Positions 20,003 through 30,149 are shown, numbered from the stretch's first letter. The stretch: DNA of 64,000 bases from Sedimentisphaerales bacterium (GCA_040772485.1 JAXGYC010000009.1:224001-288000); one strand, 5' to 3'. Program-made: numbers and translations. Notes: generated from the sequence alone by a model not told the origin.

Positions 20003-21883
20003 ATGACAATACGACCGGCGTACATGGCATCCGTGTGGGCGGCTGCCGCTGTGACGGTTCTGGCCGGAACGGTGCACGCGCAACGCCAGATGGAATGGCT
20101 TGATCGGGGCCTGGTTGCCGTCCAGCGGAGCGACGGGACAGTCTACATCGGATGGCGCATGCTGGGGACTGAACCCGACTCCATTGCGTTCAATGTCTAC
20201 CGGGATGGCACCCGCGTGAACGAGACGCCGATTGCGGATTCGACGAACTTTGTGGACGATCGAGGCGCCGGCGATGCGACCTACACCGTCTGCGCCGTCA
20301 TCAATGGTTCGCAGGCTGTGCCTTCGAAGCCGGCAACGGTCTGGAAACAGGACTATCTGACCATCCCTCTTCGGACGCCGGATGGGTATCGTCCGAACGA
20401 CGCGTCCGTCGGCGATCTCGACGGAGACGGCGCGTACGAGATCGTGCTGCACCAGGCGGGACGTAGTCGGGACAATGCCTCTCGCGGCATGACGGACCCG
20501 CCCATTCTCGAAGCCTATCGACTTGATGGGACGTTTCTCTGGCGAATCAACCTCGGCCGGAACATCCGCGAGGGGGCCCATTACACGCAGTTCATGGTCT
20601 ACGATCTCGACGGCGACGGCAGAGCAGAGGTCGCGTGCAAGACCGCCGACGGCACGGTCGATGGAACCGGCAAGGTCATCGGCGACCCGAACGCCAACTG
20701 GGTCAACCGCGATGGGAAGATATTGGACGGCCCGGAGTTCTTCACGATCTTCGACGGGCTGACGGGCACGGCACTGGCGACCGTCGACTACATTCCGCCC
20801 CGAGGCGACATCAGCGGTTGGGGCGGCGTCGGCGGCAACGGCAGCAACGACCACAACGGCAACCGTGTCGATCGCATGCTCGCCTGCGTCGCCTATCTCG
20901 ATGGGACCCGGCCGAGCGTGGTGATGTGCCGGGGCTACTACGGCCGGTCCGTATTGGCCGCCTGGGACTACAGAGATGGCAGGCTCACCTCGCGATGGGT
21001 CTTCGATTCGGCGACACCCGGACTGGAGAAATACTCGGGGCAGGGCAACCACAATCTGACCGTCGCCGACCTGGACGCCGACGGCAGGGACGAAATCATC
21101 TACGGGTCGATGTGCGTGGACGACGACGGGACTGGTTTGTATTCGACGGACCTGCGACATGGGGACGCCATGCACGTCGGCGATCTGGACCCGGCCCGAG
21201 GCGGGCTCGAAGTGTGGGGTATCCACGAGAACGAAGTTGTGATACCGGGCTATGAAGACGGTTTCGGCGCCGCTATGTTCGACGCCGGTACTGGGGAAGT
21301 TCTCTGGGGCAAGGACCCGGGGCGTGACGTCGGTCGAGGCGTAGCCGCCGACATCGATCCGAGACATCCCGGCGACGAATGCTGGTGGAGCGCGTCGTCG
21401 GTCCTGTGCGATGCCAGGGGCCAGGAAATCGGGCCGCGACCCCGGTCGCAGAACTTCGTCGTCTGGTGGGATGGCGACCTGCTTCGCGAGACGCTCGATG
21501 GCATTCGCATCGCCAAGTGGGATTGGGAAGGCGGCGCGGAAGTCCCGTTGTTGACAGCCGAGGGCTGCTCGTCGAACAACGGGTCGAAATCCACGCCGGC
21601 CCTGAGCGCCGACCTTTTCGGCGACTGGCGGGAAGAGGTGACGTGGAGAAGCCGCGACGGCAAGGAGCTGCGCATCTACACGACGACCATGCCGACAGCG
21701 CACCGCTTCTACACGCTCATGCACGACCCACAATACCGGTTGAGCATCGCCTGGCAGAATGTGGCCTACAACCAGCCGCCGCACGTGGGATTTTTCCTCG
21801 GCGCAGGAATGGCGCCGGCGCCTCGACCGAGCATCCGACTTGTCGGCAGGAGCATAGCGCCAGTTGGGAGCAAGCAGGAATGA
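20003..21883 (+). CDS. Rhamnogalacturonan lyase family 11 (YesW/YesX-like)
   Basis: RQMEWLDRGLVAV, NIREGAHYTQFMVYD, MCRGYY, GQGNHNL, NVAYNQPPH. Confidence 0.92.
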   Translation: MTIRPAYMASVWAAAAVTVLAGTVHAQRQMEWLDRGLVAVQRSDGTVYIGWRMLGTEPDSIAFNVYRDGTRVNETPIADSTNFVDDRGAGDATYTVCAVINGSQAVPSKPATVWKQDYLTIPLRTPDGYRPNDASVGDLDGDGAYEIVLHQAGRSRDNASRGMTDPPILEAYRLDGTFLWRINLGRNIREGAHYTQFMVYDLDGDGRAEVACKTADGTVDGTGKVIGDPNANWVNRDGKILDGPEFFTIFDGLTGTALATVDYIPPRGDISGWGGVGGNGSNDHNGNRVDRMLACVAYLDGTRPSVVMCRGYYGRSVLAAWDYRDGRLTSRWVFDSATPGLEKYSGQGNHNLTVADLDADGRDEIIYGSMCVDDDGTGLYSTDLRHGDAMHVGDLDPARGGLEVWGIHENEVVIPGYEDGFGAAMFDAGTGEVLWGKDPGRDVGRGVAADIDPRHPGDECWWSASSVLCDARGQEIGPRPRSQNFVVWWDGDLLRETLDGIRIAKWDWEGGAEVPLLTAEGCSSNNGSKSTPALSADLFGDWREEVTWRSRDGKELRIYTTTMPTAHRFYTLMHDPQYRLSIAWQNVAYNQPPHVGFFLGAGMAPAPRPSIRLVGRSIAPVGSKQE

Positions 21884-23784
21884 CGAGCATCCGCAAAGTG
21901 ATCTCTGTGCTGTGTGTGACCATCGCGATGTGCCATGGCGCCTGGGCGGACGCGGTTGAAGTCCGCTCACCCGACGGTCTGATGAGCGTTACGTTCGACG
22001 TGAAGGACTTCGAGGGCGCGTCTGCGTGCCCGGTCTACAGCGTCCGGTACAAGAGCAGGATCATCGTGAATGAGTCGCGGCTTGGACTGGAGCTCGAAGA
22101 CGGCCCGCTTGGCAACGGCGTGACTGCCACCGTTCTTTCGACGGGAAGTCACGATGCGACGTGGAAGCCGGTGTATGGCGAGCGAAGCGCCATCCGCGAC
22201 CGTTACAGCGAGGCCGAGATTCAACTGAGGCAGACGGACGCTCCCCATCGGATCGTGACGCTTGCGTTCCGTGCTTATGACGAGGGGGTGGCCTTCTGCT
22301 ACACGATTCCGAAGCAGGCCGGGATGGATCGTGTCACCATCGCGAAAGAGGCCAGCGAATTTCGGTTTCCAGACGACCACGCCGCCTGGGCGACGTACAG
22401 CGCACAGGGCAAGTATGAGAAAGTCACGCTGGGCCGGATCAAGCCGGGTTGCGAAAGGCCCCTGGTGATCCAGCCGGCCGACGATGTGTACGTCGCTGTT
22501 GCAGAAGCCCGTTGCGTCGATTACGCGCGAATGAAGCTGTCGCCGCTGAGTGGCCGAGCCAACAGTCTGGTGAGCGACCTGAGCGGTCCGGTCGAAGCCG
22601 CGCTGCCGTTGACGACGCCCTGGCGCGTCGTGATGGCGGCCGACAGTCCCGGCCGCCTTCTCGAGAACAACGACATCATCCTCAATCTCAACGCGCCGTG
22701 TGCGATTGCCGACACCTCCTGGATCGAGCCGGGCAAGGTGATCCGCGAGGTCTCTCTGACGACCGCAGGGGGCAAGCGCTGCGTCGATTTCGCGGTCGAG
22801 CACAATCTCCAGTACGTCGAATACGATGCCGGTTGGTACGGGCCTGAGTATTCCGACGAATCCGATGCGACGACGGTGACGCTCGACCCGAAACGCTCCA
22901 AGGGGCCGCTGGATTTGCAGGAGGTGATTCACTATGCCGACGAGCGAGGCATCGGAGTGATCGTTTACGTCAATCGCCGGGCCCTCGAACGCCAGTTGGG
23001 CGAGATTCTGCCTCTGTATCGCCGGTGGGGTATCAAGGGCGTCAAGTACGGCTTCGTCAACGTCGGTTCGCAGCAGTGGACGAGCTGGCTGCACGAGGCC
23101 GTTCGCAAGGCGGCCGAGAATCAGCTCATGGTGGACGTGCACGATGAGTATCGCCCGACCGGCTACTCGCGCACGTATCCGAACTTCATGACTCAGGAGG
23201 GCATCCGGGGCGACGAGGAGCGTCAGCCCAACGAGATGAGCCTGACGACGCTGTTCACGCGGATGCTGGCGGGAGCGGGCGACAACACGATCTGCTATCT
23301 CGACAAGCGGGTGGACGAGCAATCCACGCACGCCTATCAACTGGCCAAGGCCGTCTGCTTCTACAGTCCCTGGCAGTTCCTCTATTGGTACGATCGCCCG
23401 GAGATGTTCCGCGACGAGCCCGAGCTGGAGTTCTTCGACCGTTGTCCGACGGTGTGGGATCAGACGAAGGTGATCGAGGGCCGCATCGGCGAGTACGCGA
23501 TCATTGCCCGGCGCAGCGGTCCGAACTGGTTCATCGGTTTCATGAACAGCGGTCAGGCCCGCACATTCGATGTCCCGCTCGGCTTCCTCGATTCAGAGAA
23601 GACCTACGTTGCCCACGTCTATTCGGACGACTCCTCCGTCGCCACGCGGACCCACGTCCGGATCGACCGATTCACCTTGGACCGTGACACGAGGCTCAGG
23701 ATGACCGCATCGGAAAAGGGAGGTCAGGCCGTCCGGATCGTGCCGGCGACGGCCGCCGACCACCACCAGCCCTACACGAAATAG
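21880..23784 (+). CDS. Glycoside hydrolase family 97
   Basis: FRAYDEGVAF, TPWRVVM, SWIEPGK, PTGYSRTYPN, QEGIRGDE, FTRMLAG, PTVWDQT. Confidence 0.92.
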   Translation: MTSIRKVISVLCVTIAMCHGAWADAVEVRSPDGLMSVTFDVKDFEGASACPVYSVRYKSRIIVNESRLGLELEDGPLGNGVTATVLSTGSHDATWKPVYGERSAIRDRYSEAEIQLRQTDAPHRIVTLAFRAYDEGVAFCYTIPKQAGMDRVTIAKEASEFRFPDDHAAWATYSAQGKYEKVTLGRIKPGCERPLVIQPADDVYVAVAEARCVDYARMKLSPLSGRANSLVSDLSGPVEAALPLTTPWRVVMAADSPGRLLENNDIILNLNAPCAIADTSWIEPGKVIREVSLTTAGGKRCVDFAVEHNLQYVEYDAGWYGPEYSDESDATTVTLDPKRSKGPLDLQEVIHYADERGIGVIVYVNRRALERQLGEILPLYRRWGIKGVKYGFVNVGSQQWTSWLHEAVRKAAENQLMVDVHDEYRPTGYSRTYPNFMTQEGIRGDEERQPNEMSLTTLFTRMLAGAGDNTICYLDKRVDEQSTHAYQLAKAVCFYSPWQFLYWYDRPEMFRDEPELEFFDRCPTVWDQTKVIEGRIGEYAIIARRSGPNWFIGFMNSGQARTFDVPLGFLDSEKTYVAHVYSDDSSVATRTHVRIDRFTLDRDTRLRMTASEKGGQAVRIVPATAADHHQPYTK

Positions 23785-23799
23785 CCGCGTGGAAGGGTC

Positions 23800-24009
23800 T
23801 CAGTTGGTGAAGAGGTCGAAGATGTTGCCCAGCATGCTGGTGTCGGCCTTGTAGATCTCCGTATAGCGGCATCGCGTGCAGGTCACCGTGGAGAAGCGTC
23901 GGCTCTGCACATCGAAGATCTTGCTCCAGAAGCCTCCGGCCGCTCGGATCTCGCCCGTCTCGAATTCCGTGCCGGAGCACTTCGGACACGTGTAACGGAT
24001 GGTCTGCAT
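23800..24009 (-). CDS. Small Zn-ribbon protein (DUF2082/COG3478-like)
   Basis: CPKC...CTRC pairs; FWSKIFDVQ and YTEIYK motifs; AGGAG RBS. Confidence 0.85.
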   Translation of the reverse strand: MQTIRYTCPKCSGTEFETGEIRAAGGFWSKIFDVQSRRFSTVTCTRCRYTEIYKADTSMLGNIFDLFTN

Positions 24010-24353
24010 GGGTTCGTCTCCTGAAAACGTGACTGGATGCCGTCTATCTGAATAGACGCCTGCGGGACCGAAGACTTGCGAACATGACGAAGAGAAGCGC
24101 GGGCTTCTATTCCGATGTCAGAGTACGATATCATACTTTCATGCTATGGTATCTGGTGACATCAAACTTCCCTCTGCAATATTCGTAGTCCGATAAGCGT
24201 CTATAGTAACGGGAAGCGTACAGGCGACATATAGAGACGGTGTGTCGCCGGTCAAGGAGGATAGGGCAGGGTTTTGTGCTGTCCAGAAGGGCTTGAAGGG
24301 CCGGCTGTTTTGGGAGATGTGTTGTGTATATCGGACAAGACTCTGACGAGGCC

Positions 24354-24674
24354 GTGAATCGTAAGTCCTCATCACTGCCTCCTTTCCGCTACGAGGCAGG
24401 GTATTCCCTCAACGTCAGCGATCGCGGCGGCGCGGGAGTGAAACTGGAGCTGAGCCACGACGGGGACATCGGGGCGGCGGTCATGCTGCCGCCGGAGACC
24501 GTCCAGGAACTCGGCAGGTGGCTGTTGCGAACGCTGGGCCAGGATGAACACGGATTCCCCGTGGAGCTTGGGGGGATTCTCGAGAGGCTCAGCAAGGAGA
24601 AGAAAGCCAGCTCGATTCTCCAGCGGGGCGACAAGACGCGAATCCGCGAGGCTCTCCAGGCCCTCAAGAGCTGA
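24354..24674 (+). CDS. Hypothetical protein
   Basis: ORF 24324..24674; likelier GTG start at 24354 after GAGG; fills the gap before a convergent operon. Confidence 0.55.
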   Translation: MNRKSSSLPPFRYEAGYSLNVSDRGGAGVKLELSHDGDIGAAVMLPPETVQELGRWLLRTLGQDEHGFPVELGGILERLSKEKKASSILQRGDKTRIREALQALKS

Positions 24675-24693
24675 CAGGGATTCTGAGCCGGGA

Positions 24694-25812
24694 TCAGTGT
24701 TCCCGGTCGCGAACGGTGGTCTGGAAGGCAGGATCGTTCATAAGTTGCTCTGAGATAAGCACATATCCCTCGGCCAGTGGGTGGCTTGAGTCTGCATAGA
24801 GATCGGTCGGGAGGGGGGTAGCTACCAGGTGTGGAACGCCATTTTGGGCGAGCCATTGCGCGATCTGAGCCTTGATCCGGCCGTACACGACGGCGTTTTC
24901 GGCCGTGAGCATGTGCTCATTGAAGGGCCCAACGAGGACGAACACGCGATTTTCCCTCGCCTGCAACCGCTCGACCGCGCGCCGGAAGAAAAGCCACTGT
25001 AGGGAACTGTCGAGATCCACCCACGCCATATCGCGTTTCTGACCTCCGGCCTCCTGCCAGGAACTGCCCTTCTCCGCTTCCGTGTTCTGCGGCTCCGGCA
25101 GCGGTTCGGCCAGGGCGCCGAGGGGATTGGTGTACGGATTCTGCAGGGTCCAGGCAGGCAGGTCCATGCCCTGGAGATAGGCAATCCGCAGGTGGCCGGC
25201 CCAGCTCAGGAAGGGGACATGGCGCTCCATCACGATGCCCAGCCGGGCTGAGAACGGGGCCTTGTAACAGGGAATCTCGGTCGCGAATTGCGGGACCAGA
25301 CGGGGGTGGTTGAAGTGGAATTCCTTCGTCGTCTGCAAATCGTGTTTGGCGGAACTCATCCACAGCGGATTGAACTGGAGAACGACCGGCCGGCCTTTGA
25401 CGGCGGGAGCGTAGTACTCGGTCAGGCCGGCCAGTGCGGCCGGATGCGTCCCGTCCAGGCCGAGGTTGGCGAACCGTTCCTCGCCCAGGGCGTCATTGAG
25501 GCAGTGCGAGAGCGTCTGATCGGGCCGCACGTAGTGTCCCCAGATGACCGAGTCGCCGATCACCGGCACCTTCCCACGCCGACACGCCACGCGGCAATGG
25601 CGGGCGTACAGCCAATAGTCGCTGCCCAGTGCGTAGGGGACGCGGTAGTCCGGGCCGGGGCGGAAGGTCTCCACCTGCTTCCAGAGTATCGGCGCCAAGA
25701 TGAACAGAGCCAGCAGGAGCAGCGCGACAACCAGCCACTGTCGCGGCGTCAGCCACACGGCGTTCGAGTTCGGCATCGCCGCATCCGTTGTGTCTTTCAG
25801 ATTCTCTGCCAT
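24694..25812 (-). CDS. Membrane-anchored SGNH-like protein (AlgJ/PatB/DltD-type acyltransferase partner)
   Basis: N-terminal TM; block I VIGDSV, block II NLGLDG, block V YADSSH; 3 nt downstream of the MBOAT gene. Confidence 0.65.
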   Translation of the reverse strand: MAENLKDTTDAAMPNSNAVWLTPRQWLVVALLLLALFILAPILWKQVETFRPGPDYRVPYALGSDYWLYARHCRVACRRGKVPVIGDSVIWGHYVRPDQTLSHCLNDALGEERFANLGLDGTHPAALAGLTEYYAPAVKGRPVVLQFNPLWMSSAKHDLQTTKEFHFNHPRLVPQFATEIPCYKAPFSARLGIVMERHVPFLSWAGHLRIAYLQGMDLPAWTLQNPYTNPLGALAEPLPEPQNTEAEKGSSWQEAGGQKRDMAWVDLDSSLQWLFFRRAVERLQARENRVFVLVGPFNEHMLTAENAVVYGRIKAQIAQWLAQNGVPHLVATPLPTDLYADSSHPLAEGYVLISEQLMNDPAFQTTVRDREH

Positions 25813-25815
25813 CGT

Positions 25816-27192
25816 TCAGAACTGCATATAGATGAACGGTTGCTCCCCCGAAGGGGCAAACAGCGCCAGATACGCGAGCATGAGGACGACGAGTCCCATG
25901 CGAACCGCTCGGAACTCGAGCGCCCAACGCAGCCGGGATTCGAACACGTACTGATAGCACCAAACCGCAGCGATCAAGGCGATGGCCAGCAGTGGGCAAT
26001 AGGGATCAGCGATACCCGATGTGAAGATCCGTGTCACGATCAGCCAGGCGTCGCCCAGCCTCGCCGCTCGGAAGAAGACCCAGGCGAAGGTGACGATCGC
26101 GAAGACGAAGCCCTGCTTGACGAAGGCCGGGACCCGGTCTCTGTAGAACGCGGTACGCTCCAATTCTCGCGTGGCGAACCGCCCGAGGGCATGGACAGCG
26201 CCCCACAGGACGAAGGTCCAGGCGGCGCCGTGCCACAGGCCGGACAGCACCATCGTCAGGAAGATGTTGCGGTAGGTGTTGAAGCTACCCTTGCGGTTGC
26301 CGCCGAGCGGAATATAGACATAGTCTTTGAACCAGGACGAGAGACTGATGTGCCAGCGGCTCCAGAACTCTCCGAGGCTCGTGGCCAGATACGGATTGTT
26401 GAAATTGAGCATCAGTCGGATGCCCATCATCGCGGCGATGCCCCGCGCCATATCTGTGTATCCGCTGAAGTCGAAGTAGATTTGCCAGGCGAAGAGGAAC
26501 GTCGCGAGGACCAGCGCCGGCGCCTGGAAGTCGGCCGGTGCGGCGTACACCTTGTTGACGTACAACGCCAGGTAGTTGGCCAGAGCGACCTTCTTGAAGA
26601 GGCCCACGACGAAAAGCGACAGCCCGTCGGCGAAGTCCTTCCCTGCAATCTTCGGCGTACGGCTCAACTGGGGCAGGAGGTTTCCGGCCCGTTCGATCGG
26701 GCCGGCCAGAAGACGCGGAAAGAACGCCACGAACGTGGCGTAGCGCAAAAAGTTCGTCTCGCGTGCGACCGTCCCGCGATAGGCGTCGATGACATAGCCC
26801 ATCGACTGGAAGAGATAGAACGACAGACCCGCAGGAAGCAGAATGCCCGGCGCCGGGAGCCGGCCGGGAATCCGCAGTGCTGCGAACAGCGCGTTGACGT
26901 TGTCCGCGGCGAACTGGCCGTACTTGAAAACGCCCAGCAGAACGAGGCTGTTGACGACGCTGACCCAGAGCCAACGTTTCTTCCGCTCGCTCCTGGCCAT
27001 TCGCGTGACGACGAAGAAGTCCACCACGCTGACGTAGGCGATCGGAATCAGATATCGCCAGTCCAGCCACGCATAGAAGGCGTAGGACGTCACGAGCAGC
27101 CAGGGCAGCCGGAGTCTCGTCCCCTTCACGAGCAGATACAGGGGATAGGCGATCAGGAAGAAGATCAGGAATGACCAGGTCTGGAACAGCAT
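25816..27192 (-). CDS. MBOAT family O-acyltransferase (AlgI/DltB-like)
   Basis: LPAGLSFYLFQ, FFPRLLAGPIER, YFDFSGYTDMA, FWSRWHISLSSW, SGLWHGA (catalytic His). Confidence 0.95.
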   Translation of the reverse strand: MLFQTWSFLIFFLIAYPLYLLVKGTRLRLPWLLVTSYAFYAWLDWRYLIPIAYVSVVDFFVVTRMARSERKKRWLWVSVVNSLVLLGVFKYGQFAADNVNALFAALRIPGRLPAPGILLPAGLSFYLFQSMGYVIDAYRGTVARETNFLRYATFVAFFPRLLAGPIERAGNLLPQLSRTPKIAGKDFADGLSLFVVGLFKKVALANYLALYVNKVYAAPADFQAPALVLATFLFAWQIYFDFSGYTDMARGIAAMMGIRLMLNFNNPYLATSLGEFWSRWHISLSSWFKDYVYIPLGGNRKGSFNTYRNIFLTMVLSGLWHGAAWTFVLWGAVHALGRFATRELERTAFYRDRVPAFVKQGFVFAIVTFAWVFFRAARLGDAWLIVTRIFTSGIADPYCPLLAIALIAAVWCYQYVFESRLRWALEFRAVRMGLVVLMLAYLALFAPSGEQPFIYMQF

Positions 27193-27204
27193 TCGGGCGT
27201 CTTC

Positions 27205-29079
27205 TTACTCCATCAGGGTGCGGATATGGGCCTCGACCGATGCGGCCAGAAGCTCCGGGCCATATCCGCCTTCGAGGATGGAGACGAGTCGGCCCTGGCA
27301 GCACTTCTGGGCGATCTCCTTGACGATATGCGTCAGGCGTGCGAATCCCTCCGTGGTGACTCTCATGCCACCCAGCCCATCTCCGGCCTGTGCGTCGAAG
27401 CCGGCCGAGATGAAGATGAAGTCGGGTCGAAAGGCCATCGCCGCCGGACGAAGTCGCTGCTCGAACGCGCCGACATAATCGGTATCCCCCGAACCGGCGG
27501 GGGTGGGCACGTTGATCGTGAGGCCCGAACCGGCTCCGGTCCCGGTCTGTGAGGCGCTGCCGGTGCCTGGATAGAAGGGCCATTGGTGGATACTGAAGTA
27601 GAGCACGTCAGGGTCGTCGTAGAACGCCTCCTGCGTTCCGTTGCCGTGATGGACGTCCCAGTCGGCGATCAGGACTCTGGGCAGGCCGTACTTGCCCTGA
27701 ACGTAACGGGTTCCGATGGCGACGTTGTTGAAGATGCAGAACCCCATCGCCCGGTCGCGCAAGGCGTGATGGCCCGGAGGCCGGATCGCACAGAAGGCGT
27801 TAGTGACATCGCCTGCCATCACAGCATCGACGGCGGCCATGACTCCTCCGGCGGCCAGTACGGCCGCCTCGTACGATTGCCGGCAGACTGGCACGTCGCC
27901 CGAGTCCAGATACCCGCCGCCGGATTCGCAGACGGCCCTGGCTCGCTCGATGTACTCGGCGCTGTGAATGGTCTGGAGCCACTCTGCCGGTGCGGCCGAC
28001 GGCGTCAGGTGCGTGAGCCTGGAGTCCAGGCCGGCGGCTTCCAGCCGACGGGCGATTGCGCTGAGCCTTTCCGGAGATTCCGGATGGCCGGCGCCCGTCT
28101 CGTGCTCGAGGTAGATGGGGTCATAGACGACCCCGGTCTTGGATTGCGGGTTACCCGCCTGGGCCGATGCAGCGTTTGCGTCCGGTGCCTCGTTCGGGGC
28201 GTTACGGACGCAGCGGAACCCGATGGCGTCGTTGGCCAGGCAGGTGTCGTCGATCGCTGGATCGCTGGCGCGGTACATGGATCGGCAGCTCTCGGCGCTG
28301 GAATTCCACGCGCCGCCGCGGATGACCCGGTCGGCCCCGTCGGCCGGGCCTTCAGGGTCTCTGTCGGGACTCTTCGAATAGTAGTCTTCGGCATACCGGT
28401 CGTTGCACCATTCGGCTACGTTGCCGTGCATGTCGAACAGCCCCCAGGGGTTGGGCTTCTTCTGCGCCACAGGATGCGTCGTCTGCGAGGAGTTCTCCGC
28501 GAACCATGCGTAGTCCTTGAGCATGCGGGAATCGTTGCCGAAGCTGTATTGGGTGGACGTGCCCGCCCGGCAGGCATACTCCCACTCCGCCTCAGTCGGC
28601 AGGCGGTAGCCGTTGGCGTCGAAATTGCACTCCCACGTCTGCTCGTCGTAGCAGGGCTCGAGCCCCTCGGCCATCGACCGGTCGTTGCAGTAGAGGGCCG
28701 CATCGGTCCAATTGACCTGCTCCAATGGCTGGCTGGGGCCTTTGAAATGGGACGGGTCGGGGAGCTCGTACTGCTTGAACTGTTCCTGCACCACCTCGTG
28801 CCGGTCTATCCAGAACGGGCTGATCCAGACCCGGTGCACCGGCAACTCATCGCTCTGACCTTTGGCGCTGCCCATCTCGAACCATCCTCCCGGAACGAGA
28901 ACCATCTCGATGCCGCTGGCGGTCGTTTGCCGTTGGGGCGATTCGGAGGTTCCCTCTTTCCGCTGACAACCTGGGACGGCGATCGCGCCCGCCAGGAACA
29001 GAAGAACCATCATCCTTGACTTCATTGCGTGCAACGGCATCGGTCTTCCTTCTACGTACAGTGAACGTTCGAGTTTCAT
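27205..29079 (-). CDS. Putative lipoprotein: FGE-sulfatase (SUMF1-like) domain fused to histone deacetylase family domain
   Basis: Signal with VPGC lipobox-like site; RLPTEAEWEYACRAG and GLFDMHGNVAEW (FGE); RPPGHHA, GFCIFNNVA, DWDVHHGNGTQ, SAGFDA, LEGGY (HDAC). Start is 29079 (ATGA overlap) or 29025. Confidence 0.88.
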   Translation of the reverse strand: MKLERSLYVEGRPMPLHAMKSRMMVLLFLAGAIAVPGCQRKEGTSESPQRQTTASGIEMVLVPGGWFEMGSAKGQSDELPVHRVWISPFWIDRHEVVQEQFKQYELPDPSHFKGPSQPLEQVNWTDAALYCNDRSMAEGLEPCYDEQTWECNFDANGYRLPTEAEWEYACRAGTSTQYSFGNDSRMLKDYAWFAENSSQTTHPVAQKKPNPWGLFDMHGNVAEWCNDRYAEDYYSKSPDRDPEGPADGADRVIRGGAWNSSAESCRSMYRASDPAIDDTCLANDAIGFRCVRNAPNEAPDANAASAQAGNPQSKTGVVYDPIYLEHETGAGHPESPERLSAIARRLEAAGLDSRLTHLTPSAAPAEWLQTIHSAEYIERARAVCESGGGYLDSGDVPVCRQSYEAAVLAAGGVMAAVDAVMAGDVTNAFCAIRPPGHHALRDRAMGFCIFNNVAIGTRYVQGKYGLPRVLIADWDVHHGNGTQEAFYDDPDVLYFSIHQWPFYPGTGSASQTGTGAGSGLTINVPTPAGSGDTDYVGAFEQRLRPAAMAFRPDFIFISAGFDAQAGDGLGGMRVTTEGFARLTHIVKEIAQKCCQGRLVSILEGGYGPELLAASVEAHIRTLME

Positions 29080-30149
29080 TTCGCTTTCGCGGGAGCCGGC
29101 ACCCAGTCCGGTTCCTTGTTCTGGCAGCCGTCGGTGGTGATCTGGACCCACTTGCCGGCCAGATCGCTGACACAAATGTTCCAGCCGGGCGCCTGGCCGC
29201 CGACCATCTCATTGGCTTTGGGTCCGTAGCCGAAAGCGATGTATTGTCCGTCCGGCGAGAAGTCGGTGTGGTAGGTCTCATGCTCCTTGTCGCACTTGAC
29301 GAACGGCCGGACATCTGTCACCACCGGCTCCGGCGCGCTCAGATCGATGTCGGCGACGCCCAAGTCCCAATCGGTCAGGCCCCAGGTGATCCTTCTGCCG
29401 TCGGGACTGAAGTCGGGCCGGCATCCGGTGACCCCGAATTTCGTCAAGTCGTATACCGCCGTCCCGTGGGCCTGTAGAACCAGGATCGCGTGGTCGTGAC
29501 CCATGCCCCCATGGACCGTGGCGGCAAACCAATTGCCGTCCGGCGACCAGCAGATGTTGTAGAGGTGATGCAAGTCCTTGTTTAGATGTGGTTTGTGCTC
29601 ACCCGTCTTGAGATCGTAGTACATCAGCTCTTTGGTGGCATAGTCCGTGATCGTGTAGCGACGGTATTCGGCCTTCAGGTAGGCAATCGTCCGGCTGTCA
29701 GGACTCCAGCAGGGCTGTCTGGCGTTCTCGGCAACCTTCACCCGGCCGGTCCCGTCCAGATTCATGTAGTAGACGTTGCGCATCTTGTCGCGGCCCGTTC
29801 CTTCATCGGCGACGAAACAGACCTTTGTCCCATCGGGCGACGCGTGGGGGTACAACTCGTTCACGTCGGCCGTTCGGGTAAGATTGATCGGGTTGGAGCC
29901 GTCTGCATGGACCAGACAGAGTTCCCAGTTCTCCTTTCCATCGGTTTGGCGGAATGTCTCGTAGACGATTCTGAACGGGATGGAGGCCAAGTCGAGTTCG
30001 GAGGCGGGATACGGCTGGAGTCTCGCCCCCGGCAGCGCCTCCGGCTCGGCGTGGTCAGCCAGGGCCGTTGAGGGCGCCATGGCCAATGCCAGGAACAACA
30101 GAGCATGTACACACAACGCGTGATGCCAATGATCCGATGCCTTCGCCAT
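29076..30149 (-). CDS. Secreted TolB-like (PD40) beta-propeller protein
   Basis: Signal peptide; repeated P-x-(W/F/A)-SPDG motifs; GAGGAG RBS before ATG 30149. Confidence 0.82.
   Translation of the reverse strand: MAKASDHWHHALCVHALLFLALAMAPSTALADHAEPEALPGARLQPYPASELDLASIPFRIVYETFRQTDGKENWELCLVHADGSNPINLTRTADVNELYPHASPDGTKVCFVADEGTGRDKMRNVYYMNLDGTGRVKVAENARQPCWSPDSRTIAYLKAEYRRYTITDYATKELMYYDLKTGEHKPHLNKDLHHLYNICWSPDGNWFAATVHGGMGHDHAILVLQAHGTAVYDLTKFGVTGCRPDFSPDGRRITWGLTDWDLGVADIDLSAPEPVVTDVRPFVKCDKEHETYHTDFSPDGQYIAFGYGPKANEMVGGQAPGWNICVSDLAGKWVQITTDGCQNKEPDWVPAPAKAK

Noticed and set aside
24010..24350. Lower-GC stretch as a small ORF or sRNA
   Set aside because: A 34-codon ORF at 24084 and a small hairpin exist, but a divergent promoter region explains the composition without further evidence.
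28200..28340. FGE (CLec-fold) domain C-terminus as a DGR target
   Set aside because: No second copy of this region (template repeat) and no RT or Avd gene were seen.
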